From: Octopus bimaculoides
Lineage: Eukaryota
Length of the DNA stretch: 41,426 bases
NCBI RefSeq assembly: GCF_001194135.2
Contig: NC_068983.1
Coordinates: 103,601,634-103,643,059 of the forward strand
Direction of reading: 5' to 3'
Shown here: positions 24,760 to 35,545 of the stretch, piece after piece
Numbering within the stretch: the stretch's first letter is position 1
How the letters are laid out: each line of letters begins with the position of its first letter
Translations under genes and position numbers: made by a program
The notes under the pieces: model-generated
What the model was told of the DNA's origin: nothing
The model's input: only the letters and a program-made list of their open reading frames with translations
Database searches by the model: none

Positions 24760-27374
24760 ATTTGGAGGAGGAGCTACAGACTTGTGACATAGAGGGCAAC
24801 TGGGAATTCCTGTGGGACAGCCTGCTGAGTGCCACAGACCAAATCTGTGGCTGGTGTAAAGTCCCATCCAGACGTAGGGTAATGTAGTGGTAGAACAATG
24901 TGGTAGACAGAGCCATTAGAGCAAAGAAACAGACCTGGAAGAGTATGGGTAGCAGAGAACTGTGTCAGATAGCCAGAAGGAGGAGACATATATATCTAGG
25001 GAGAAGGGAGAAGCAGAAAAGAAGTTTGCCAATGTTCAGCGATGTGAGGACCAAAGAACTGATGTGTTTCAGATTGCAAAACAGTGTGTGAGTGAAAATC
25101 ATGATGTCATAAGAGAGAAATGTGTCTACATCGATGATGGTGCACTTGCATTTAATGATTCTGCAAAGAAAGAGGCTTGGAAATGCCATTTTGAAAGACT
25201 GCTGAACATGGAGAATGAATGGGAGGAGGAGCACCTGCCAAGTGTTGACCCAATTGAGGGACCAGCTACCCGAATCAGCAGTTCCTTGGTAGATTAAGCA
25301 ATTAAAGATATGAAGACAGGGAAAGCCCCTGACCCATCAGGAATCATTGCTGAGATGCTTAAAATATCTGGTGGTGTGGGTTATTGTCTAATTACCTGTA
25401 TTGTAAATCAGGTGGTTCACGAAGGAGTCATACCCAATGACTGGTGTAGTAGCACTATAGTCAACTGCTACAAAGGTAAAGGTGATGCCTTAGATAGCAA
25501 TAATTACAGAGGTATCAAATTGTAGATCAAGTGATGAAAGTTACGGAGAGAGTCATAGCCCAACTAATTAGGGAGAAAGTTAGCCTAGATGAGATGCAGT
25601 TTGGTTTTGTGCTAGGGGGAAGCACCTCTGATGTTATATTTCTGGTAAGACAGCTGCAAGAGAAATGCATAGTCAAAGATACACCTCTGTACCTGGCCTT
25701 TGTTGACTTGGAGAAAGCTCCAATCCCTTATCTGGTTGTCAGTACAGAAACTAGGGATAAATGAGTGGTTGGTGAGAGTTGTATAAGCTAAGTACAAGGA
25801 TGCTACCAGTAAGGTGAGGGTTGGCAATGAGTACAGCAAAGAAGTAGGGGTTCACCAAGGATCGGTGCTTAGCTCCATCTTCTTCATCATAAAGATATGG
25901 CAATAATAGAGGAATTCAAGACTGGCTGTCCTTGGTGAACCCCTACTTCTTTGCTGTACTCATTGCCAACCCTTTATGTTGATGACCTTGCTCTTATTGC
26001 TGAATCACTACCAGAACTAGAGAAGTTCCAGATAGAATCAAAGGGCCTTAGAGTTAACCTAGCAAAAACCAAAGTCTTCGTAAGTAGGAAGGCAAACAAA
26101 TCACAAATCCCTTCAAGTAGATGACCCTACTTGATCTGTAGAAAAGGCATAAGTAGAAACTCCATAAGATGCACCCAATATAAGCTTTAGACACATAAAA
26201 GGTGCAGCAATATCAGAGGAAGGTCAACAGAGAAACTAGCTTTTGTATGTGGAAGATACACAGGTACAATAAATGTTGAAAATGTGCAGAAAATAGACTT
26301 CATCAACTGTCAGGGAGGCAAGCTAGAGGTAGTAGATATCTTCTGTTATCTAGGTTACCAAGTTAGTAGTGAAGGTGGATGCTACGAGAGCATAGCTGTG
26401 AAAATAAGATTAGGCTGGGCAAAGTTCAGAGAGTTCCTACCTCTGCTAGTATCAAAAGGCTTCCCTCTCAGAGTGAAAGGCAGATTTATGATGCCTGTGT
26501 GTAAACAGCTATGCTACATGGCAGTGAAACATGGACTGTAACAGCCAAGGACATGCACAGGCTCAAAAGAAATGAAGCCAGTATGCTTTGCTGGATGTGC
26601 GATGTCAGTGTGCATGTTCGACAGAGTGTAAGCATCTTGAGAGAAACTGTAGGCATAAGAGGCATCATATGTTGTGTGCAAGGAAAGATGACTGTGCTGG
26701 TATGGTCATGTGATGCATATGGACAAGGACAGCTGTGTAAAGAAGTATGGATTTCTAACTGTGGAGGGAACCTGAGGTAGAGGTAGACCCAGGAAGACAT
26801 GGGACAAAGTGGAGAAGCATGATCTTCAAACTTTTAGCCTCACAGAGGCAATGACTAATGACCAAAACCTTTGGTGATATACTGTGCTCGAGAAGACCCA
26901 TCAAGTCAAGGCTGATGCTAGTGTCACGTAACTGGCACCTATGCTGGTGGCACGTAAAGAGCATCTTTTGAGTGTTGGGCCTCACGGAGGTAAAGTGGCT
27001 GAGTTCGTTTTGAGAACTGGACCTCAGGGAGGCAAAGTAGCTGAGTTCCTTTTGAGTGTCAGGCCTCACAGAGGCAATGACTGAGACCTTTGGCATTATG
27101 TCATGCTTGAGAAGAAGACCCATCAAGCCGAGCAAAATTGCAGTTGGAGCAGATACTGGTGTCATGCAAATGGCACCCATGCCAGTGGCACATAAAGCAC
27201 CCATTAAACTTTCAGAGTGGTTGGCATTAGGAAGAGTATCCAGCCATCAGAAACCATGTTAAATCAGACTGGAGTCGGGCGCAGCCTTCCAGCTTACCAG
27301 CCCTGGTTAAACTGTCCAACTCACGCCAGCATGGACAACGGATGTCAAATGATGATGATGATGATGATGAAGAC
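24760..27374 (+). mobile_element. 5'-truncated decayed RTE-clade LINE (RT domain, 3' UTR, (GAT)n tail)
   Basis: KAP.PSGIIAEMLK, KGKGDALDSNNYRGIKL, EMQFGF, AFVDLEKA, GVHQGSVLS, YVDDL (25975), LEVVD.FCYLG; many stops and frameshifts; tail 27350-27370; possible atacatat TSD (24752-24759 / 27375-27382). Confidence 0.92.
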
Positions 27375-27420
27375 ATACATATTGTTGAACTATCAATGTA
27401 TGGTCTTAGTCAAACTTATG

Positions 27421-27582
27421 AAGAAATCTTGAAAGAAAACTGAAAAATTACATACATACGTACATATATTCAAAAATACCCTGTTGTTGATGCTGAAATT
27501 CCAGTGAAGGTGCCTTAGATCTAGGTTAGAAACTGGCCCTTTCTCTATTGGCAAGAAATCTTGAAATAAAACTGAACAATGG
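27421..27582 (+). mobile_element. Two further 3' ends of the (CATA)n-associated R4-type element (27421-27450 and 27471-27582)
   Basis: 27471-27582 aligns to 24377-24487 (aaatacc.t.ttgttgatg.tgaaattcca.tgaagg...gatctaggttagaaac...gcaagaaatcttgaaataaa); each end is followed by catac/tatacatac. Confidence 0.85.
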
Positions 27583-27685
27583 TATACATACATGTATGCA
27601 TGTTTATATATGTGTATGTACATATGTAGTGTGTAGTGACAAAATGTACCATGTAGTGGGGTGTATAACTGAGAATGGCTTTAAA

Positions 27686-27908
27686 CCCTTTTGTTACCCT
27701 AATCTTGCTGAAATATACTGCCTTTGTTTCTATCAACTTTAAAGATAATGGAGAATTTATCAAAATTACTTTGTCATTATTAAGCTGGTTGTTTCAAATA
27801 CTAATTAACATAAAATTTTGATGAAATGTTTAAATTTAAATCACTTTAAAGCATGGCATTTGGATTACAGAACTTGGGGCAGTCACAGGCAAGTTAGTTT
27901 TAAAAAAG
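27686..27908. mobile_element. TTAA-type MITE
   Basis: taaa|cccttttgttacc ... tttaaaaaag|ttaa; degenerate TIR. Confidence 0.55.
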
Positions 27909-27958
27909 TTAATACTTCTGAATCTCAAATAGTTGTTAACCTTATAGATATAATTCAA

Positions 27959-28178
27959 CCCTTTAGCATTCAAACTGGCCAGATCAGGCCCAAATCTTCT
28001 ACCTGTTTTGTGTTCTAACTGACCTGATCAGGGCTCTTGCAGCTATCCTGCAATGTCATTGTAAGCATAAACAAATGCATCATCAAAATTTCAAAGCTAC
28101 AAGGTAATGTATGATTAATTCAAAACAATGTGAATAAATAAGCATTCCATTTGATAAAATAATCTTAATGTTTAAGGA
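27959..28178. mobile_element. TTAA-type (piggyBac-like) MITE
   Basis: tcaa|ccctttagcatt ... aatgtttaagga|ttaa; second copy at 7305-7721. Confidence 0.7.
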
Positions 28179-29054
28179 TTAAAGTTGTTTCTTGAGTCAT
28201 CTATTTCTATACTTTAACAAACTGTCTGGTTAGTTCCTTTCAATCTTTTTTGTCATTTCATTTGAAATCTAACTTTATGCATTAAATACTTCACATAGCA
28301 TGCATTTTCTGAATATACAAATGAATGGTCAATAAATAAAGCTAGAATATAAGAAGCATGCTAAACATACAATCTTTATAAAAACAATAGACTTTTATGA
28401 TATTAAAAGAAGAGTTTCCTGAAGACATGGGCTGTTTCCTGGCACTTTCCCATTCAATATGTATACTTCCTAGACTAGTATGTACTTAACTAACTGAAGG
28501 GGACAATCCTATCTGTTACTTAGATCCCTTACACTCCTAAATCCTATAAATAAACAATCAAATGGTTGACCAGAATTGTACTACTGTTGTATAAGTAAAA
28601 CATATGGCCTTCAATATCTGGAGTACCACTTTCCTGTGATTTCTTTGTCCTTACTTAAGAGCAACTATACTTTCTGGTCTTTAGTGCAAATGATCTTGTT
28701 AATTTTTCCTGAAATCTACTGGTTGAGACTTCCCAACTAGAAATCACTTAGTAACTCCAGCAGATAAATCTGTTATATCTGCTCCCAGCTATAATCACAA
28801 TTCTACACAACTCTTAACAAAAACCAATAGCAAAATAAATCATGACAAAAATTTTTCACTTCTATCACTACTTTTTGTTTGCATTATCTATATAAATTTG
28901 CTGGAGAAAGCAAAACAGTTAATTAACGACTATGAAGTAAGTAAACGTCTCCTAAACTCTGGGGTAGGAAAGATTTTAATAGCTGGGGACAGTAAGCTGA
29001 AATATCTGCAACCGGCAGATAATCATCAATTCATCATTATCACTTAGCATCTTA

Positions 29055-29271
29055 TTTCTTTACTGCTCACAAGGGGCTACACACAGAGGGGACAAACAAG
29101 GACAGACAAACGGATTAAGTCAATTATATCGACCCCAGTGCGTAACTGGTACTTATTTAATCAACCCTGAAAGGATGAAAGGCAAAGTTGACCTTGGCGG
29201 AATTTGAACTCAGAACGTAGCAGCAGACGAAATACCGCTAAGCGTTAATGTTTCTGCCAGCTCGCCGCCTT
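29055..29271 (-). mobile_element. tRNA SINE with 11-bp TSD
   Basis: TSD ttagcatctta at 29044-29054 and 29272-29282; head aggcggcgagctggcagaaac on the minus strand. Confidence 0.9.
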
Positions 29272-29284
29272 TTAGCATCTTAGC

Positions 29285-29690
29285 ATCTGTTTTTCATGCT
29301 GCCATGGGTTAGACAGTTTGAATGGAACTGGTGAGTTGGAGAGCTGCACCGGGCTCCAGTCTGTTTTGGCCTGGTTTCTAAAGCTGGATGCCCTCCCTAA
29401 CACCAACCATTCCGTAGAGTATATTGGGTATCTTTCACATGTCACTGGCAATGTTTTGGTTAGACTGGGGCTATAGCAGAAGATACTAGCACAAGGTGTT
29501 ATGCAAGGAAACTGAACCTGGAACTATGTAGTTGGGAAACAAACTTCTTACTACACAGCCACACCTATACAAATATGAATATATATGTAATATTCCTTGT
29601 TTAACGTTTCATCAGCACATGTACCTTTTTCATGTCACTGGTACAGGTGCCTTTTGTGTGCCACCAGCATGGGTGCCTTTTATATATCAC
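29285..29690 (-). mobile_element. RTE-type tail element interrupted by a 156-bp locally copied segment (29449-29604)
   Basis: ttttcatgctgccatgggttagac...ggatgccctccctaacaccaacc; the insert is identical to 30366-30521. Confidence 0.75.
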
Positions 29691-29780
29691 CACACGCACA
29701 TACACACACAAACACCCCCCCCCCCACNNNNNNNNNNCCCCCACACACACACACACGCACACGCACACATGTACATAATG

Positions 29781-29994
29781 CGAGGAGCCGAAAAGTTCCT
29801 GGCTTTAAAGGTATTGCGAAAGGCCTGGTCAGAGGCCTAACATTCTGAGTTCTTTTACAGGGCTTAGAAAAACTGAAGGACTGCTGCAATATATGTGTGA
29901 ATCTGTGAGATTTATATGGTGAATAAAATTGTAATTAACTGATCCTCCTGTATTTTCTTTTAACCAAAGTCAGGAACTCTTCAGCACCCCCTCA
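29781..29994 (+). mobile_element. Mariner deletion derivative
   Basis: TIRs cgaggagccgaaaagttcctggcttt and aaagtcaggaactcttcagcaccccctca|ta. Internal FLQGLEKLKDCCNICVNL*DLYGE* resembles a mariner transposase C-terminus. Confidence 0.8.
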
Positions 29995-29998
29995 TACA

Positions 29999-30032
<34 letters not shown>

Positions 30033-30089
30033 CATAAATACATTTATATATAAAATAACCTTTCTCCTCCTTCTTCTCCTGCTCCTCTT

Positions 30090-30480
30090 CCTCCTTATCA
30101 TCATCATCATCATCATTTCAATATCCACTTTTCCATACTTGCATGGACTGCCTAAAAGTTGTCGAAGCAGATTTTCTACAGCCAGATGCCTTTCCTGTCT
30201 CCAACTCTCACCTGTTTCCAAGAGAGGCAATACTTCCCCATGACCAGATATTGGAAATAAAGGACACTGCTTGTATGATGTGATGTCAAGGCAAGGAGAC
30301 ATACATACATGCATGTGTGTGTGTGTAACAGGCTTCTTTCAGTTTCTGTCTACCAAATCCACTCACAATGTTTTGGTTAGACTGGGGCTATAGCAGAAGA
30401 TACTAGCACAAGGTGTTATGCAAGGAAACTGAACCTGGAACTATGTAGTTGGGAAACAAACTTCTTACTACACAGCCACA
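30090..30480 (-). mobile_element. SINE with CORE-like head and RTE-type tail
   Basis: catcatcatttcaatatccacttttccatacttgcatgg...gcagattttctacagccagatgcc; head cttcttactacacagccac. Confidence 0.8.
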
Positions 30481-30819
30481 CCTATACAAATATGAATATA
30501 TATGTAATATTCCTTGTTTAAAGTGCAACATTGAATATCCATATAGCCTAATTGTAAAACCCCAAATCCTTGTGACCTTTTGCTGAATATCATCTTCAAA
30601 AACATTTGAAATAAGAGCAGTTGCACTTGACTTTAGCTGTTTTTTAAATAAATAATGATGTCAATATCTTTTCTAAATGCTAGTCTCCAGTGAAATTCTT
30701 TTTTAAATAGTCAAGCCAATGATGAGGGAGGGGTGGGAAGAGAGAGAAAGAGAGAAAGAGAAAGAAAAGGAGAGAGCCGTTACATTGATGCTTGATCATA
30801 TGAGTCAAATCTCCTTTTA

Positions 30820-31190
30820 ATCACACCTTATTGAAACAAGGAGACCTCAATAGAGAAGCATGGGTTGGATGATTTGACTGAGGACTGGCGAACCAGATGG
30901 CTACACCAGACTCCAATCTGATCTGGCAGAGTTTCCACAGCTGGATGCACTTCCTAACACCAACCACTCCGAGAGTGTAGTGGGTGCTTTTTACATGCCA
31001 CTGGCACGAGGGCCAGTCCGGCAGTACTGGCAACGGCCACGCTCAAATGGTGTTTTTTACGTGCCACCTGCACAGGAGTCAGTCCAATGTTTTGTTCTCA
31101 TTCCACCGGCACAAGTGCCAGTAAGGCGAATCTGGAAACGATTGCGCTCAAATGGTGCTTTTTACGTGCCACCGGCACAGAAGCAAGACT
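30820..31190 (-). mobile_element. RTE-type 3' end with hairpin units
   Basis: gcatgggttggatgatttgactgaggactggcgaacc... followed by repeated ttttacgtgccacc(t/g)gcac units. Confidence 0.8.
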
Positions 31191-32349
31191 GCTGGTCTGG
31201 CAGTGATCAATTATATAAAATTGTTCTGGCCCATCTGGGAATAGCATTAGTTCTGGTCAGCTGGGAATAGGATTAGTTTATTTTTATTTATCATTTTACT
31301 GCTGGAATGCATTAAAAATTAATATACACATTATTGTTTTGATTCTCACTGTTTTGTGTGCTTGTAATAATTTAATATCAGCTTGGCAGGCCTAACCATG
31401 CATCAACAAATATTTTCTTTGATGAATTCTGTAAATAAAAACAATTATTCTTGTCTAGCTTCAGAGTTCAAGATGGTGTCTCTGACTGAGGAGGAACAAT
31501 CATACTAAAACTACCTGTGTCAGCGTCTATTATGTCACTGAAGTATGTGTGTTGTCCATACACATTGTCCAAAGGGTGAAGCTGTTTTCCAAGAATGATA
31601 TCCAACAATGAAAAGTATACTAATGTCAAAGTCTATTAAAACATGTTAACAATATACTCCTCATTCCTTTGATTCTTGCTGTTTTGCCAGCTTGTAATAA
31701 ATTTAATATCAACCTGATAGGCCTTTGCATATATTAGCTAATATTTTGTTTACTGAAGTCTATAGATAGGAACAATAATTGTTGTCTCTGACTCAGGAGG
31801 TACAAACATTTTTTCTTTTAATGTGAAGTTTGATTTATTGTTTCTAGTGTTACTCTAGTGCTTTGCCCATTTGTTGTAAGTTATAATGTTTTGTTGAATG
31901 ATGTTTTTGGTTCATATATGTTGCATGATTTGTGTCATGAGTTTTAGTGTCAGGTGGTGACTGTATGTTTACATTGTGTTACACTGTGTGGGTTGTGCGT
32001 ATTATGTTCTATTATTGAGTGGCAAATGAGTAGAATGTGAGCTGTGTTAGTTGTTAGAGGTGTATACAACACGTTGCTGTCAGTCACTATTTAACCTTCA
32101 GGTCAGTCCTGATTTAGAAGATCTATAATGGAAGACATTACAGCTATTATTGTCCCTCCCAATCCAATATATAACTTCTTTCCAAAGACTCCAGCAGTGT
32201 GATATGAGGGAGATTTGACTGCTATTTTAACATATCAAGTAATTACATATAGGATTCTACAGATGGTATGATTGGAGTGTGTTGTTATTTTACTGGGTGG
32301 GGATTATATAGAGTGCATGTTGTGTCGTTTTAGTTAATGATTATTCTGT

Positions 32350-32566
32350 ACTCTTTTACTCTTTTACTCTTTTACTTGTTTCAGTCATTTGACTGTGGCC
32401 ATGTTGGAGCACTGCCTTAAGTCGAGCAAATCAACCCCGGGACTTATTCTTTGTAAGCCTAGTACTTATTCTATCGGTCTCTTTTGCCGAACTGCTAAGT
32501 TCCGGGGACGTAAACACACTAGCACCAGTTGTCAAGCGATGTTGGGGGACAAACACAGACACACAA

Positions 32567-32615
<49 letters not shown>

Positions 32616-32713
32616 CATATATACGACGGGCTTCTTTCAGTTTCTGTCTACCAAATCCACTCACAAGGCTTTGGTCAGCCCGAGGCTATAGAAGAAGACA
32701 CTTGCCCAAGGTG
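32350..32713 (-). mobile_element. 5'-truncated CORE-like SINE with three-unit (GTAAAAGA)n tail
   Basis: Same family as 20085-20492; truncated at cttgcccaaggtgc. Confidence 0.9.
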
Positions 32714-32714
32714 C

Positions 32715-33235
32715 TGGGTTGTACCTAATAAAGTTATTTCTTTAGACTGTGTGTTAAATGGTGAACCTGGTATGGTTTTTAAGTCTTTGTTTATATACTT
32801 TGTTAATATACATAGTGCTCTAATTACGTTTGTAGTGTTTTCTCTTTCATGCCTCACATCCTTCTTATTTCAAATTTAAAATCTTTGAATTTTGACTTCC
32901 TCTTCACCTCCTTTTGGATTATGCTTTAATCAAAGGGGATCCATACATCTGTTAAAGTACATAGATTTTTTATTATTGACCTTGGTAATTATATCTGGTT
33001 GATTTACCTAGATTTCCTTGTCAGTCTAAACAGGCATGTCCCAGTTGTTATCGTGTATTGTTTCATGTTATACCATTTCTTATCAGTTTTATGTCTAAGT
33101 GTCTGCATATTGCTCAATGGACATAGCTATTGACTCAATTATGCCAGCAGATTTTCTTGGATTTTGTCAGGACTGAGTAGCCAGAAAGGATATTAGTTAA
33201 TTGCCCTCAGTGTATTTAATTGTATTGTATGCACT
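32715..33235 (-). mobile_element. Decayed Dong/R4-clade fragment (CCHC knuckle, RLE domain, C-terminus)
   Basis: Minus-strand frames: TNILSGYSVLTK..ICWHN*VNSYVH*AICRHLDIK, DKKWY, TDKEI*VNQPDII, TDVWIPFD*SIIQKEVKRKSKFKD, VIRALCILTKY...IPG...KEITLLGT. This matches the R4/Dong pattern HI.SGC..L...RH...IHW..C, NRPDI, D..IP.D...KE..K..KY.DL, I.GALG, LLGTAHIL. Confidence 0.8.
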
Positions 33236-33339
33236 TGGTGCCTACTTCTATTTTCATTATTTTGTTTTTATTATAATTTAGGTTAAACATAGATCCTGAG
33301 CAGCTAAATTCAGAATTTATATTTCTCTTCTACATGTAG

Positions 33340-33393
33340 TTGAAGTCAAAAAACAGAAAAGCAGAAAAATTACTGTTAAATAAAGACAAAGTT
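33340..33393 (+). CDS. Candidate 54-nt phase 0-0 exon (LKSKNRKAEKLLLNKDKV)
   Basis: atatttctcttctacatgtag acceptor and gtaagt donor; only one frame open. No product recognised. Confidence 0.3.
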
Positions 33394-33599
33394 GTAAGTA
33401 CAAAATCATTACAATTTGAAAAGCAGAAAATAAAAAAGCGATGGTGATGCAAATTTAGATGACAATAACAAAAGTGCCAAACAATGAACAACAACAGCAT
33501 CAGCAACAGCAACAACAATAACAACAACAACAACTGCAACTCATTGTTTACTAACTTTTTGCGAGCCAAGAAGAAATACTAAGCATAGGTCGATTCTAA

Positions 33600-35165
33600 G
33601 CAAAAGAAGAAATCAATGGAAAAGATATGTTGGGAAAGAGAATGCCTCTTTGCTTAAAAAATTTACTCCAAAAAGAGTTGAGGGGAAAGTAATTTATCTC
33701 TGTTTTTCAAAAGTTGGTGAGGACTTCTACATGTCCTTGAAAGAGAAGTTGGAAGCAGTTCTGGCTAATGTGTGACAGGAGATGCATGTTTTATTGACCA
33801 GGATAAAGAATGTAGAAGAGTGTACTTGGTCTTTAAGGCTAAAGACAATGTGATGAAACCTGTATGGCTATCTCAAAGTTATTCCCCATTGAGGGAGTGG
33901 AGAGGAAATTAATGAGACTGATAATACAGTGCAAAAAACTCAGTTGCTACATGTGAGGGAGTAAGAACCATGTGAGGGAGTAAGAACCATGTGAGGGAGT
34001 AAGAACCATGTGAGGGAGTAAGAACCACGTGAGGGAGTAAGAACCATGTCNNNNNNNNNNNNNNNNNNNNNNNNNNNNNNNNNNNNNNNNNNNNNNNNAC
34101 ATGTGAGGGAGTAAGAACCATGTGAGGGAGTAAGAACCATGTGAGGGAGTAAGAACCATGTGAGGGAGTAAGAACCACGTGAGGGAGTAAGAACCATGTC
34201 AGGGAATAAGAACCATGTCAGGGAGTAAGAACCACGTGAGGGAGTAAGAACCATGTGAGGGTGTAAGAACCACGTGAGGGAGTAAGAACCACGTGAGGGA
34301 GTAAGAACCACGTGAGGGAGTAAGAACCACGTGAGGGAGTAAGAACCAAGTGAGGGAGTAAGAACCACGTGAGGGAGTAAGAACCACGTGAGGGAGTAAG
34401 AACCACGTGAGGGAGTAAGAACCAGGTGAGGGAGTAAGAACATGTGAGGGAGTAAGAACCACGTGAGGGAGTAAGAACCACGTGAGGGAGTAAGAACCAA
34501 GTGAGGGAGTAAGAACCACGTGAGGGAGTAAGAACCACGTGAGGGAGTAAGAACCACGTGAGGGAGTAAGAACCACGTGAGGGAGTAAGAACCACGTGAG
34601 GGAGTAAGAACCACGTGAGGGAGTAAGAACCACGTGAGGGAGTAAGAACCACGTGAGGGAGTAAGAACCACGTGAGGGAGTAAGAACCACGTGAGGGAGT
34701 AAGAACCATGTGAGGGAGTAAGAACCATGTGAGGGAGTAAGAACCATGTGAGGCCTTCCTCTCAAGAGGTAGAAAAGCAAAAGATAGGACAGTCATAGTA
34801 GACAGCAGCAGAAGCAGCGACAACAACAGCAGATCCTAGGATAAGGACTATGGTGATGAATGTGGCAAGACTGGTTTAAGTGAATGGGCCTACTTGAAGT
34901 ATGCACCTCTGGGCTGAAGGAAGACAATGTGGAGAGGGCCATTACCCTAGTGATCAGGAGGACTGTGGTTTTGTAGGGTTGCCACAAGCAGCCCTAGGAA
35001 GTCTCCCTCTTTTGGGGAATTTTTTGTTAAAATTTATATTGTCATTGTTTTTTACTATTTACATGATTTGATTTATGTAACCCCACATTGTATTGTCCTG
35101 TTTTGTTTTTTTGTGAAACTTTAGTGTTGAATAAAGAAAACATTATTACTATTAATATTATTATT
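33600..35165 (+). mobile_element. Decayed ORF1/gag-like CCHC retroelement lacking visible RT, with AATAAA (35130) and (TAT)n-like tail
   Basis: The frame from 33888 reads IEGVERKLMRLIIQCKKLSCYM*GSKNHVR (CxxCxxxxH knuckle). After the array come ERAITLVIRRTVVL*G, a T-rich UTR, a poly(A) signal and the tail. Confidence 0.55.
33951..34753. repeat. 19-bp minisatellite A(T/C)GTGAGGGAGTAAGAACC, nominally ~40 units (48-N gap at 34051-34098)
   Basis: Directly visible; variant units aagtg, aggtg, atgtc and one 18-bp unit. Confidence 0.97.
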
Positions 35166-35200
35166 GACTGAAAGGTGAATAAGAAATTTGTTGAAAGGCA

Positions 35201-35545
35201 GATGAGTAGCAAGCACAGATCTGAATGAATGGGCTTGCTCTGAGCATGCACCAGTAGATTGGAGGTGGCCATCTGGGAGAGAGCACTTGTCTTAGTATCA
35301 GGGTGACTGTGGTTTTGCAGGGTTTCCAGGAGTAGCCATTGATGACCACCTCTCTTTTGAGCAATTATTCCACACTTGAATTTTTTGTTTTCCTTTTCTT
35401 TGGTTTCTGTTATTTTCTCTGTTTACTTACTTTTTTGTGTGTAATCCTACACTGTATCATCCTGTACCGTCCTTGATGTTTTTGCCAATGCATAATGGTT
35501 AATGAAGAAAACATTATTGTTGTTGTTGTTATCATTGTTGTAGTC
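35201..35545 (+). mobile_element. Second diverged 3' end of the same element in tandem
   Basis: Aligns to ~34856-35165 (gaatgggc, gactgtggttttg.agggtt, tgtaa.cc.aca.tgtat, gaaaacattatt). Confidence 0.7.

Noticed and set aside
24962-26780. Functional reverse transcriptase gene
   Set aside because: Multiple stops, frameshifts, deletions and a rearrangement next to the YxDD motif.
33951-34753. 19-bp array as a CRISPR array, or as a repeat protein (ORFs 33940..34728 etc.)
   Set aside because: Units are head-to-tail with no unique spacers, there are no cas genes, and the context is eukaryotic. The ORFs are products of the repeat. The true length is uncertain because of the gap.
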